A program made the translations under genes and the position numbers. Below, one piece after another: positions 1 to 8,767 of a stretch of 33,188 bases of DNA. The notes beneath the pieces are model-generated. The model worked only from the letters and a program-made list of their open reading frames with translations, did not search any database and was not told the DNA's origin. Position 1 is the first letter of the stretch; each line of letters opens with the position of its first letter. This DNA is from a virus (lineage: Duplodnaviria > Caudoviricetes): IMG/VR virus record IMGVR_UViG_3300020043_003669, positions 1 through 33,188 of that record; one strand, given 5' to 3'.

Positions 1-733
1 CGGGCGGCGGGGCTGCCTTGCGGTTGGTAACTTTCAAGTCTTTCTCCAGTTTCGCTACCGCAAAGGCAAACTTTACGGGGTCTTTGATGGCGGCCAGCTC
101 TTGCGCCTTCTTGGGGTTTTTTCCGAGTGCGTAGACGACGAGAGCGGGATTGTCCGCACCTTGCAGCATGACGCCTTGCTGGGTGACGTTGAACAGCTCC
201 TGGGCCACGGCCTCGGCGTCGTCAAAGTCTTTGACTCGCAGCTCGGCTTTCGCCTTGCCGTAGCCATCCAGTTTGGCTTGCCAGGCTTTTTGCTGATTCA
301 TAACTTCAGCTTCTTGCTTGGCGTTGGCTTCGTCGGCTTGTCGCTTGCGCTCAAACCAAGTGGCCAGTGCTTCCTCGAACTTCTCGGCGTCGTAGTCGTG
401 ATCTTCCAACTTGGGCTTTGGCCCCAGCACGGCCGGCTTGGTCTCAGTCTGTGCGGTGGTTTGCAGCTTAGTTTGAAGTTCGCGGTTTTGGCGCTGGAGT
501 TCTCGGTTCGTCTTGCGTAGCTCTCGGACCCATTCGGGTGCGTGTGCTGGTTCTTCGGGAGGTGGCGCTTCCTCACCAATGGAGACTACAACCTCGTCGG
601 ATTCGTCGCTTTCTTCTGGGGCTTGGGCCTGCTCACCGTCGGATTGCTCCTCGGGCTGCTCGGTGGCCTCATCCTCGATGACTGCGGTGTCGTCGTCTGT
701 GGTTTCGATCTCCTGATCTGCCTGTGTGTTCAT
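1..733 (-). CDS. Scaffolding protein, P22 gp8-like (runs off the window edge)
   Basis: Manually translated open frame from ATG at 733: MNTQADQEIETTDDD...APEWVRELRK...KPKLEDHDYD...VVYALGKNPKKAQELAAIKDPVKFAFAVAKLE. It has an acidic N-terminus and coiled coil and lies directly after portal. Confidence 0.85.
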   Translation of the reverse strand, partial: MNTQADQEIETTDDDTAVIEDEATEQPEEQSDGEQAQAPEESDESDEVVVSIGEEAPPPEEPAHAPEWVRELRKTNRELQRQNRELQTKLQTTAQTETKPAVLGPKPKLEDHDYDAEKFEEALATWFERKRQADEANAKQEAEVMNQQKAWQAKLDGYGKAKAELRVKDFDDAEAVAQELFNVTQQGVMLQGADNPALVVYALGKNPKKAQELAAIKDPVKFAFAVAKLEKDLKVTNRKAAPPP

Positions 734-751
734 CGTTGACCCTGTGAAACT

Positions 752-781
752 CACCCATTGAAACGGCTGGGTGGATACCGT
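752..781 (-). promoter_or_regulatory. Candidate H-type pseudoknot in the scaffold 5' UTR
   Basis: Minus strand ACGGT-atc-CACCCA-GCCGT-ttcaa-TGGGTG gives two interleaved stems. Confidence 0.5.
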
Positions 782-788
782 GTGTGCA

Positions 789-818
789 ATTGTCACTCAA
801 TTGTGGGTTGATTGACAA
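789..818 (-). promoter_or_regulatory. Putative promoter TTGTCA-N18-GACAAT (scaffold)
   Basis: Sigma70-like spacing; the same GACAAT box recurs at three other late gene junctions. Confidence 0.55.
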
Positions 819-2865
819 CTGGTTGTGCTTGTTGCTGGACAAAGCCGCCGATTTGTTCCGCTAAGTTCAGCGCGTGGTCTTGAGAATCCATGTCCACGTT
901 GCTGAGGGTTTCGACAGTTTTGGCCCGGCTGAGTTCTGCGTCTGCGATGGTCTTGACGGTGGTGGCTCGAGCCTGGGCTGCTTTGGCTGTGGCTTCCTCG
1001 GCTGCGGCTTGCAGGTACATCGCGTTCGGGTCTTGCGGCTGGCCTTGCATCTCGGCCATGAGTTCCTGGGCCTCGGCATCGGTGGGCTTGACCACGCCCA
1101 TGCGCAGGAGTTTCTTTCTGGCGTGTGCGTTGAGTTCGGACAAACCCTCGCCTTCCATGTTCATCATGGCGGCTGCGGTCAAGACCTGGGCGGTCTCTGG
1201 GTCTGTGGTCATCTGCAACAGGCCTGTGATGGCGCGGACTGTGGCCTCGCGTCTGCTGGTGCTGGATGGGCCGACCTCGGCCACGACGTCAAAGGTGGCG
1301 CTGGACAGGTCGTTTTCCATCACAACAGCGCCTGTTTCCTGGTCAATGGCCGGTTTCATGAGTTCAACCATTCCAGCCTCGCCTGTGGGGGCGATGGTCT
1401 TCATCTTGCGCTTGTCTTCGATGTAGACCTCTTTGGCCATGGAAAGCCAGATCTCGCCGCAGCGCTTCATGCCCTTGGCAAAGTTGGACATGTAAATGAA
1501 GGCCTGCATGTCAACGCGAGTCTGGATCATCTCCACGGCTTTGCCTGACATGCCGCTGACCATCTTGTCTGCGCCTTGGGGATTGCCCAAGATGTCCTGC
1601 ATGTCGGCTTCTGTGACTTGCAGCAGGGCGGCCATGGCCGGTGGGATGTTGGGGGCGCGGGTGTAGGCCACCGGGCCCGACACGGCCTGGTTGCCGTTCT
1701 GGTCTGTGATCGGGTTGATGAGCAGATACGGATAGTCCTTGAGGTTGTCCTCGGACCACATGACCTGGTGGCCTGCGACCTGCTCAGGGGTCAGGATGGG
1801 CTTTTCCACCGATGACAGTGCTGAGATCTCACCCAGCTTGGAAAGCTGCATGTTCTTGAGGCGCTGGGCGTCTTTGGCCAAGCGGACGTGGCCCATGCAG
1901 CGCTCGATGTTGTCAACGAACCAGCGCTTGCCGTACACGACCACGATGGGGATGCACTTGCCTGCGATGTAGCCTGCATCCTCCAAGACCCTGCCGCCGG
2001 ACATGATGTATTTGTGCACGCGCTTGCGCTTGACGCGCTTCTGGCGGATCTCGACCGTGCCGATGGCCGCAAGGGTTTCTTCCAGGGTCTCGTCGTTGGC
2101 GAAGTCTTGCTGGGTGTAGCGTTCCTCTTCGCCTGCGATGTTCTGGAAGATGCGGATGGTCTCGGTCTTTTCCTCGACCTTGTAGTATTCGGCCACATAG
2201 ACCACATCAGGTGTGCACCAGTCGAACTCGTACTGGTGGATGATCTTTGGCCAGTCGGTTGGATCGTCGCCCCAGGTGTCTTTGTAGGCCTGGCGGGTCA
2301 TGCTGGTGACGACGTAGCAATACTTGGCGTCGGACTTGTCCTGGCGCTTGGCCCCGAGGTCGAAGAACACCGAGCTGTCAGCGTCGAAGATGGGCTCGAT
2401 CCTGATGCGCTGGCGGTCGTCTTCGTCGTTCTCCTCGTCTTCGTAGACTGTGCGCAAACGCCATGCGCCGATGCCGCCTCCGACTGCTTCCTCAAAAGCG
2501 TTGTCGTAGGCCTCATCTGCGACGGATGCCTGCTCGTCTGCACGATACAGACCGTCGCAAACCTCGGCCAGCTTGTCGTTTTCCTGGCCGTCTTTGCTGA
2601 CGTAATCGACCGTAATTCTGTTGTTTCTGTACTCGTTGATGATGCGAATCACCGAGAGCATAATCTTGTTGACCTCGAACTTGGGCTTGTTCTCGTACAA
2701 GTCCCAGAGTGGGCCTTCCCACTGGCTGCCTGCCAGCGAGTAAAAGCGCCGGTCCTGGAGGCATTGCAGGCGCTCGTCGCGGAGGGCTGTCTGTACGTCA
2801 TCAAACTGCGCCAGGGCTTCTGCGTGCAGGTTGGCGAGGCGTTGGTCGTTGCTCATTCGGGCCAT
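793..2865 (-). CDS. Portal protein, P22 gp1-like
   Basis: 690 aa lying between TerL and scaffold; motifs GSQW, EVNKI, GGIGAWR, IPIVVVYG, GHVRLAKDAQR. Confidence 0.93.
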   Translation of the reverse strand: MARMSNDQRLANLHAEALAQFDDVQTALRDERLQCLQDRRFYSLAGSQWEGPLWDLYENKPKFEVNKIMLSVIRIINEYRNNRITVDYVSKDGQENDKLAEVCDGLYRADEQASVADEAYDNAFEEAVGGGIGAWRLRTVYEDEENDEDDRQRIRIEPIFDADSSVFFDLGAKRQDKSDAKYCYVVTSMTRQAYKDTWGDDPTDWPKIIHQYEFDWCTPDVVYVAEYYKVEEKTETIRIFQNIAGEEERYTQQDFANDETLEETLAAIGTVEIRQKRVKRKRVHKYIMSGGRVLEDAGYIAGKCIPIVVVYGKRWFVDNIERCMGHVRLAKDAQRLKNMQLSKLGEISALSSVEKPILTPEQVAGHQVMWSEDNLKDYPYLLINPITDQNGNQAVSGPVAYTRAPNIPPAMAALLQVTEADMQDILGNPQGADKMVSGMSGKAVEMIQTRVDMQAFIYMSNFAKGMKRCGEIWLSMAKEVYIEDKRKMKTIAPTGEAGMVELMKPAIDQETGAVVMENDLSSATFDVVAEVGPSSTSRREATVRAITGLLQMTTDPETAQVLTAAAMMNMEGEGLSELNAHARKKLLRMGVVKPTDAEAQELMAEMQGQPQDPNAMYLQAAAEEATAKAAQARATTVKTIADAELSRAKTVETLSNVDMDSQDHALNLAEQIGGFVQQQAQPVVNQPTIE

Positions 2866-2887
2866 GGGGATTTCCTCAATTTGTGCG

Positions 2888-2917
2888 ATTGTCTCACCAC
2901 TTCTTCACATTTGGCAA
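2888..2917 (-). promoter_or_regulatory. Putative promoter TTGCCA-N18-GACAAT (portal)
   Basis: -35/-10 spacing with TGn before the -10, followed by a GAGGA RBS. Confidence 0.55.
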
Positions 2918-4117
2918 AGGGGTGAAGATGGCGGGTTTTGATGCACCAGCCCGGCGGACGGCTTCGCAGGCATAGCGCAGGGCGTCGATAACGTGGTTTT
3001 TCTTGTCCTCCAGCACTGGCAGGATCTTGCCCGTGAGGGGGTCGGTCTTGTAGCTGTAGAGGGTGAGCTCGTCGATGGTGTGGATGCAGCGAGGGTGGAC
3101 AACAATGTCGTAGTTCTTGAGGAACTCGATGCCTTCCTCCACTGATCTTGGCCCTTTGACCGCAGTCATGATCTTGGGGAAGCCGTTGCGCTTCATGTGG
3201 CTGATGGTCTCTGGCCTGGCTGAGTCGGCCACGATGGGCCACTTCTCGGCTTCGGGCACGGTCATGAACAGCTCTGGGGTGTTCACGATCTCGCAGCCGA
3301 CCATGTAGGCCTCATAGTCGATGTATAGGCTGCGTCCTATGATGTGGCAGCGCACCAGGGTGGTGGGGTCAACTGCGAAACCCCAGTCAGCGCCGAGCCG
3401 GTGAATGGCGTCAGGCGGTGCTTCAAACTCCTCGACTTTCCAGTTTTTGAACACTCTGGTATTGCTATTGGTGACATACCCACCCATCCAAACGTGCTGG
3501 TATTTGTCTGGGTCGCGGCGTTTGTCGTATTCCATTTCGTCGCGCAGGACGTCTGGAAACCAAGGATTGTCGGTGAAGTTGACCTTCAAGACCTGGGCGT
3601 CCTTGGGTGGCGTTGGGCCACGGAGCAGGTGGTCAACCGGGTCGGATTGCAGGCGCGGGTTCCAGGTAAACCAGAGCTCGGACTCTGGCTTGCGGATGGT
3701 GGGCCGGAGCAGGTCAAGGCTGGTCTGGCTGAGGCTTTGGGCTTCTTCCACCCAGGCGCAGTCGTAGCCCTCCAGCGACTTGATGCTGTCTGCGGTGTGG
3801 TTCTGCATGCCCTGAAAGATGATCGCCCCGTCGCCCTTGCGGGACTTGATGACGGCATCTTGCACCTCGAAGTAGGCCCCGGCATTCATGGCCTCGATCT
3901 TGGTTTCAAGCAGGCGCTTGACGGATTGGTTCAGCGACTTCTGGATCTCGCGCACGCAAACCGAGCGCCGCTTCTGGTCCATGATGTGGGCCTCGATCAT
4001 GAGCTCGGCAAACATATGGGATTTGCCGGAGCCACGGCCACCCCATGCACCTTTGTAGCGGCTGGGGTCCAGAAGTGGCAAGGCCCACTCGGGGGTGGGG
4101 AGTTGCAAGACACTCAT
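2894..4117 (-). CDS. terL: Terminase large subunit (PBSX/Terminase_3 type)
   Basis: Walker A GGRGSGKS, Walker B AWVEEA, TWNP, and nuclease motifs GADWGF and NHVIDALRYA. Confidence 0.96.
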   Translation of the reverse strand: MSVLQLPTPEWALPLLDPSRYKGAWGGRGSGKSHMFAELMIEAHIMDQKRRSVCVREIQKSLNQSVKRLLETKIEAMNAGAYFEVQDAVIKSRKGDGAIIFQGMQNHTADSIKSLEGYDCAWVEEAQSLSQTSLDLLRPTIRKPESELWFTWNPRLQSDPVDHLLRGPTPPKDAQVLKVNFTDNPWFPDVLRDEMEYDKRRDPDKYQHVWMGGYVTNSNTRVFKNWKVEEFEAPPDAIHRLGADWGFAVDPTTLVRCHIIGRSLYIDYEAYMVGCEIVNTPELFMTVPEAEKWPIVADSARPETISHMKRNGFPKIMTAVKGPRSVEEGIEFLKNYDIVVHPRCIHTIDELTLYSYKTDPLTGKILPVLEDKKNHVIDALRYACEAVRRAGASKPAIFTPLPNVKKW

Positions 4118-4560
4118 GCCTTCACGACCACTCGCTCAATGCGTTGCACCAGCGGGTTGGCGGGGTCGCCAGACACCTCCAGCTTGTCGCCGTACTTCTT
4201 GGGGGCCAGCTTGGACAGCAGCCATTTTCGGGTGTCGACTTGCAGTTTGTGCTTTTGGATCGCCTGCCAGTCTTTTTTCCCTTCGCCAGTCTCTGGGACA
4301 TCACTGTCGGCCAGTTCAAGAACCTCTTGCGCCATGCGTTCGATCAGATCTTCCCTCGCGTGCGCGTAGTCTTCCGCAAGTTTCGCGTCAGCATCCACCC
4401 ATCGGTTGAACGTGCTTTGTGGAACCCCTGCTTTTTGGCAGGATTTAAAAGCGCTCAGGCCGTCTCTCATGCCTTGCAGGACAGCTTGGCAGATGGCGTC
4501 TTTGTCTCTCTCTGGCTTTGTTGGCTTTTCAGTCTTTGTTGCCTTTTTTGCGGCCATCAT
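4114..4560 (-). CDS. terS: Terminase small subunit (Sf6 gp1-like)
   Basis: N-terminal HTH and the motif QVDTRKWLLSKLAPKKYGDK; overlaps terL start; start placed at the TAATG overlap with the upstream peptide gene. Confidence 0.88.
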   Translation of the reverse strand: MMAAKKATKTEKPTKPERDKDAICQAVLQGMRDGLSAFKSCQKAGVPQSTFNRWVDADAKLAEDYAHAREDLIERMAQEVLELADSDVPETGEGKKDWQAIQKHKLQVDTRKWLLSKLAPKKYGDKLEVSGDPANPLVQRIERVVVKA

Positions 4561-4685
4561 TACCAACTGCTCTTTGTAGTTGTGCAGGTGACACTGCCAT
4601 CCCAGTTTCTCACGCATCGAGTGGTGGTTTGGGCTTGGACTGCAAAAGACAGCAGCAGGGCTGCGATTGTGAATAGGGTTTTCAC
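4560..4685 (-). CDS. 41-aa exported peptide (signal peptide plus 2-Cys hairpin)
   Basis: GTG start after an AAGGAG RBS; MKTLFTIAALLLSFAVQA/QTTTRCVRNWDGSVTCTTTKSSW; the stop overlaps the terS ATG; below the ORF-track cutoff. Confidence 0.75.
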   Translation of the reverse strand: MKTLFTIAALLLSFAVQAQTTTRCVRNWDGSVTCTTTKSSW

Positions 4686-4711
4686 GGGGTACTCCTTTTG
4701 GTGATGGTTTG

Positions 4712-4741
4712 ATTCTACGTTATTGCAATATTTTGTTGCAA
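4712..4741 (-). promoter_or_regulatory. Putative promoter TTGCAA-N18-TAGAAT (peptide-terS-terL)
   Basis: AT-rich gap with a good -10 and a second TTGCAA palindrome in the spacer. Confidence 0.6.
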
Positions 4742-4746
4742 ATCAA

Positions 4747-5319
4747 TTAGCTGACCGTTTCGCGCTTCTTCATTGCGGACGCTGCTGCCCGATAGTATTT
4801 GGCCAGTTCGATCAGGCCTTCGTGAGAATATTTGCGCACCGTGTTATCGCGCTCGATGCGTTCCACGGCTTGGAGGCCGATTCGTTCGATCAGACGCTGT
4901 CGGTATTCCACATGGTTTCCGGCCAAATAGTTGTTGCAGTGCTTGCATTGGCCATGGCAGTTGTCCTCCACAAACCTCATGTGCGGTGCACTGCCGACTG
5001 ATCGGTAGTGTCCGGCATCGTAGGTGTTGGGCTCGTTGCTCAGTGGCGTGCCGCAGGAAATACAGGGTTTACCCGCATCTCTTGCCCGAATGAAGGAATT
5101 GAAGGCTGTCTGCGCTTTCTTGGTGAGCTGGGGCTTGGTTTGCATTGCGTCCAGCTTTTGACGGGTTTCCTTGCGATCTTTTGCCTGCTCCTTGGCCTGG
5201 GCCTTGTCTGAGGCTTGCCTGGCCAGCACAAGGGCGCATGGTGCGCTGCACACTGTTTGCAGTGGCCTGGTCTTGGTGTAGGCGCACTTGCAGAGCTTGC
5301 ACTTTGCGGGTTTGGTCAT
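4747..5319 (-). CDS. ninG: NinG/Rap recombination endonuclease
   Basis: AQTAFNSFIRARD, PCISCG, DAGHYRSVGSAP, NCHGQCKHCN. Confidence 0.95.
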   Translation of the reverse strand: MTKPAKCKLCKCAYTKTRPLQTVCSAPCALVLARQASDKAQAKEQAKDRKETRQKLDAMQTKPQLTKKAQTAFNSFIRARDAGKPCISCGTPLSNEPNTYDAGHYRSVGSAPHMRFVEDNCHGQCKHCNNYLAGNHVEYRQRLIERIGLQAVERIERDNTVRKYSHEGLIELAKYYRAAASAMKKRETVS

Positions 5320-6017
5320 TTTGCCTCGATCTCATAATCGTGAAACACAGCGCCCAGGCTGGCATCGCCAACCTTGCAAGCCTTGACCCAGACGTTTTTT
5401 CCGCTGGCCAGTCTGCGAATGTGGCCGCGACGGTCGTGCAGCCTGGGTGATGCGTGTGTGCCACCTTTCGATTCTCCTCTGGCGGTCTTTGGGCCGATCT
5501 TGACGGTGCGCCAGTCGTAGGTCGGCGTTTTGCCTGCAGCGATTTTGCGCCTGTTCGTGAAGGTGTCAGTTATCACTGGCTGATAACAATCGCAGCCGGT
5601 GTCCATGCTTTCCAGCCACTTGGACATGGTGGCCAGCATGATCTCGGCCAAATCTCTGGGCAGGTCTTGGCCCTCATCGACCGGGCCGTACTTGATCTGG
5701 CCATCCACAATGGCGTAAACCATCGGTGGGAACGTGGTGAAATTTCCGGGAGTCCCTTTGCTCAAGTCGATGACAATGCCTTCCTCGGGGTCATCCCCAG
5801 CGACAAGCATTTCCATTTCGTAGTGTTGATGGTTTGCCGTCTGCCCAGCCCAGAGCACCAGGCTTTTCTCAAACGGTGGCCGGTGGGTTGTCAGATTGTC
5901 GATCTTGATGCCGGTCGACAGGTCAGCGCCTGAAATGTCAAACCACTGCATTTCGGTCGGGTCCAAGCCCACGGCAATGACCGACTTCATGACCGATCGG
6001 ACATGAGTAGTTGTCAT
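5316..6017 (-). CDS. Hypothetical phage protein with C-terminal HxRRGHxR motif
   Basis: 233 aa, ATGA-coupled on both sides; HASPRLHDRRGHIRRL...VWV. Confidence 0.8.
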   Translation of the reverse strand: MTTTHVRSVMKSVIAVGLDPTEMQWFDISGADLSTGIKIDNLTTHRPPFEKSLVLWAGQTANHQHYEMEMLVAGDDPEEGIVIDLSKGTPGNFTTFPPMVYAIVDGQIKYGPVDEGQDLPRDLAEIMLATMSKWLESMDTGCDCYQPVITDTFTNRRKIAAGKTPTYDWRTVKIGPKTARGESKGGTHASPRLHDRRGHIRRLASGKNVWVKACKVGDASLGAVFHDYEIEAK

Positions 6018-6241
6018 GATGCGTACCCGTCTGAAATGACTTTGGCCTTCGCCTCTTCCAGCATCCCAATCAGCGCAAGCCGGTCCGGTGTTGAGGATGT
6101 CTTGATCTTGAATTGGCCTTTGTCGTACCAGAATGAAAGCACGATCGCAGTATCCGGTTCTTCGTCAATGGCCTCATTCAGGACCGCCTTGGCGTTTACC
6201 TTGTGGTGGTTTGGTATGGTGAGGGTTTTGAGTTTGCTCAT
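6014..6241 (-). CDS. Hypothetical protein (75 aa)
   Basis: MSKLKTLTIP...; coupled to the next gene. Confidence 0.7.
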   Translation of the reverse strand: MSKLKTLTIPNHHKVNAKAVLNEAIDEEPDTAIVLSFWYDKGQFKIKTSSTPDRLALIGMLEEAKAKVISDGYAS

Positions 6242-6243
6242 AA

Positions 6244-6381
6244 TCAATACCCCCACCGAATACGGAAACAGATCAGATACAGGTGCAATACAAATTCGTT
6301 GCCGCCAGAAAAAAATCCAAAAGCAAAGCACGGCCACTTCCGTGGAAAAAACTCGGTTGTCAGGTGCAGGCTCTTTCTCAT
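6244..6381 (-). CDS. Small hydrophobic hypothetical protein (45 aa)
   Basis: MRKSLHLTTEFFPRKWPCFAFGFFSGGNEFVLHLYLICFRIRWGY; AAGGAG RBS and ATGA overlap. Confidence 0.6.
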   Translation of the reverse strand: MRKSLHLTTEFFPRKWPCFAFGFFSGGNEFVLHLYLICFRIRWGY

Positions 6382-6521
6382 TTTGTCTCCTTGGCTTTTT
6401 TGATGAACTTAGTCGGCGGTAATTTGCCGTTGATGACAGAGCATGGGCCGCACCGGGCCAGTACTTTGATTGCTGGCGCGTGTGGGGCATTGCAGCGTTT
6501 GCAATAGTCAGAGGACGTCAT
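6378..6521 (-). CDS. Small zinc-finger-like protein (47 aa)
   Basis: MTSSDYCKRC...RCGPC has two CxxC motifs. Confidence 0.55.
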   Translation of the reverse strand: MTSSDYCKRCNAPHAPAIKVLARCGPCSVINGKLPPTKFIKKAKETK

Positions 6522-6720
6522 TTGCTCTTGCTCGGATGGATGCTGCGATTTTGTGGGCTTCTTCGCTGGTGAACTCATAGGGCTCCTCTGCCAGTTTTGC
6601 GCAGGCCTCTCGCTCAGCAGCAACTGCTTTTTGAATTTTGTAATTGATGTATGTCAATTCAAGATTTGTCCATATCCAGCCACCAACGTAATCTGGATGG
6701 TCTTGCGCTTTTACTGTCAT
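6508..6720 (-). CDS. Hypothetical protein, EREACA-motif family
   Basis: AVAAEREACAKLAE...IAASIRAR; ATGA-coupled. Confidence 0.75.
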   Translation of the reverse strand: MTVKAQDHPDYVGGWIWTNLELTYINYKIQKAVAAEREACAKLAEEPYEFTSEEAHKIAASIRARANDVL

Positions 6721-6980
6721 GTGCTGCTTCTTTCTCGAATAATGTCTGGAACATGGGGGTAATACTGAGAGTAACCAGGAAGGGATTCAATGGTTTGCGC
6801 GCAGGCCTCTCTTTCGGCCTCCACGCCTTCCTGATACCAACGGGCCTTGTTCTTGGTGTGTGTGCGTTCTTCAACAAGAGTGGCAAAGCGTTCAAGCTGT
6901 CCCTCCCAGCACGTCCAACCCAATCCATGTTTTGCAATTCCAGCCTGACGAGCCAGTGCAATGATGTCTTCTTGTGTCAT
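6717..6980 (-). CDS. Hypothetical protein, EREACA-motif family
   Basis: MTQEDIIALARQAG...LERFATLV...EAEREACAQ...IRER. Confidence 0.75.
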   Translation of the reverse strand: MTQEDIIALARQAGIAKHGLGWTCWEGQLERFATLVEERTHTKNKARWYQEGVEAEREACAQTIESLPGYSQYYPHVPDIIRERSST

Positions 6981-7102
6981 AAAAACCACCTTTTGATGTG
7001 CGCCCAGACAATCGCAGCAATCGTGAACCATGCGCCGATGCCTGCAATCCAAAGCCAAACCAAAGCCCAAATGCCTGCCTTGTCTGCCTCTGTAAGTTTC
7101 AT
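6977..7102 (-). CDS. Single-TM small protein (41 aa)
   Basis: MKLTEADKAGIWALVWLWIAGIGAWFTIAAIVWAHIKRWFL; GGAG RBS and ATGA overlaps at both ends. Confidence 0.65.
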   Translation of the reverse strand: MKLTEADKAGIWALVWLWIAGIGAWFTIAAIVWAHIKRWFL

Positions 7103-7533
7103 GTGATCTCTCCAGTCTCAGGGTCAACGTACTCAGGCGCGGTAAATCTCACGCCCTGCTGTGCACCAAAAGCCTCGATCAACTCCTGAAGCTCGGCCAT
7201 TTCAGATTTCGTCATCTTGCTGGTGGACTTGCCGAGCACAACAAAGCCTCCATCAATGCCTGGAACAACGTCTTGCTTGGTCAAGGCTGCGGTGAGCACA
7301 TCCTTCCAGTTTTCTGGGGTGAGCTTGCGTCCGTACCAGTCCACCTGTTTGCTAACGTCTGTCAGCATGGCCCAAAGGCGTGCGTTCTGTGGAAGGGTGC
7401 GGGTTTCTGGCTTGACCTCTACAACAATGCGGTGGCCAGCCATGATTGCGGCCTTGATTGCTGGCCAGATTGTCTGCGTCAGGGCTTTGTGGGCTTGAAC
7501 AGGCTCGAACATAGTCATGGTCAGGCGTTGCAT
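7099..7533 (-). CDS. ninB: NinB/Orf recombination protein
   Basis: RTLPQNARLWAMLTDVSKQVDWYG...WKDVLTA...VVPGIDGGFVVLGKSTSKM. Confidence 0.95.
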   Translation of the reverse strand: MQRLTMTMFEPVQAHKALTQTIWPAIKAAIMAGHRIVVEVKPETRTLPQNARLWAMLTDVSKQVDWYGRKLTPENWKDVLTAALTKQDVVPGIDGGFVVLGKSTSKMTKSEMAELQELIEAFGAQQGVRFTAPEYVDPETGEIT

Positions 7534-8480
7534 GTCATAACCTCATTGAAAAGGTTTCGTTCACATTCGATGCGCTCTTGCTGCAACGGGCCGTATTCAG
7601 GATTCAGTTCGCAGCCCAGGTACTGACGACCATGCTGCAAAGCCACGGCTGCGGTGGTTCCGCTGCCCATAAACGGATCAAGCACGATGTCGCCGTGGCG
7701 GCTACCAGCCAGGATACATGGCTCTATCAGCGCAGTCGGGAACGTGGCGAAGTGAGCGCCCTTGTAGGGCTTGGTGGCAACTGTCCAGACGCTGCGTCGG
7801 TTGCGTGTTTCCCACTCCACCCCAGTTAGCGCCAGCAGTCCAGCTTTGGTGCGGTGCTCCTCACTGGTGCCAGCGTTGTATGCGTCGGCATACTTGTGAC
7901 GCTTGTTGCCTGCTGGCTTCTCGCTGACCGCAGGCTCCTTGCTGGCCTCGTGGTCATAGAAATACCGCTCAGATTTTGACAGCAAAAAAATGTACTCGTG
8001 CGCCTTGGTGCAGCGGTCGCGCACCGACTCCGGCATGGGGTTCGGCTTGTGCCAGATGATGTCCTGCCGCAGATACCAGCCATCGGCGCGAAGGGCAAAG
8101 GCCAGCATCCAAGGGATGCCGATCAGGTCTTTCGGCTTCATGGATAAAGCGCTTGGGCGCGGCTGCACACCAGCGACCGGGTTGTCGAAGTTGTTGCCAC
8201 TTTTCCTTGGGCCTGGACTACCACCTGCACTCGCATAGCTATCCCCGATGTTCAACCATAGCGTCCCATCGTCAGCCAGCACATCACGCACACATCGGAA
8301 CACCTCGACCATGGCCGCGATGTATTGCTCGGGTGTCTGCTCAAGCCCGATCTGCCCTTCGTGCCCGTAGTCGCGCAGGCCGAAGTAAGGCGGACTGGTC
8401 ACGCAGGTCTGCACTTTGACGCCATTAGTAGCCCAGCGCCGCATGGTGTCGCGGCAATCTCCAAATTCGATCTTATTCAT
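7521..8480 (-). CDS. Orphan beta-class amino-DNA methyltransferase (N6_N4_Mtase; SPPY suggests m4C)
   Basis: TSPPY (motif IV) precedes DPFMGSGTT (motif I); IIWHKPNPMPES, HFATFP; GGAGG RBS before MNKIEFGD. Confidence 0.93.
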   Translation of the reverse strand: MNKIEFGDCRDTMRRWATNGVKVQTCVTSPPYFGLRDYGHEGQIGLEQTPEQYIAAMVEVFRCVRDVLADDGTLWLNIGDSYASAGGSPGPRKSGNNFDNPVAGVQPRPSALSMKPKDLIGIPWMLAFALRADGWYLRQDIIWHKPNPMPESVRDRCTKAHEYIFLLSKSERYFYDHEASKEPAVSEKPAGNKRHKYADAYNAGTSEEHRTKAGLLALTGVEWETRNRRSVWTVATKPYKGAHFATFPTALIEPCILAGSRHGDIVLDPFMGSGTTAAVALQHGRQYLGCELNPEYGPLQQERIECERNLFNEVMTCNA

Positions 8481-8481
8481 G

Positions 8482-8739
8482 TCAATCCCTCCCTGACTGC
8501 GATCCAGCACTCGTCATGGCTGAGGGGGGTTTCGTCAATGCCTGGCGGACGGATTCCAAGATGCGATCCCGGCCAGGGTTGCCCGGAAATCGCTCGATCG
8601 CCGCCAGCATTGCCGCCGCTTGCCTCTTGTCCGGCCTTGCGCTCAGTACCAGCCTTGAGCAGCACTCCACGCATTTGAACGAGTACGTTCCACTGTGTGG
8701 CCGTTGTTTCGATGATTCGCATTGCTGGCAAAGTCTCAT
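8482..8739 (-). CDS. Cys-rich hypothetical protein (85 aa)
   Basis: CQQC...CVECC followed by amphipathic helices; frame choice uncertain versus ORF 8477-8761. Confidence 0.55.
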   Translation of the reverse strand: MRLCQQCESSKQRPHSGTYSFKCVECCSRLVLSARPDKRQAAAMLAAIERFPGNPGRDRILESVRQALTKPPSAMTSAGSQSGRD

Positions 8740-8767
8740 AAATTTTGTTATGTGTGAGCATAGCGCA

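Noticed and set aside
874-4369. Long plus-strand ORFs (874-1548, 1888-2925, 3344-4369)
   Set aside because: Antisense shadows of portal and terL caused by GC-rich codon bias; no recognisable motifs.
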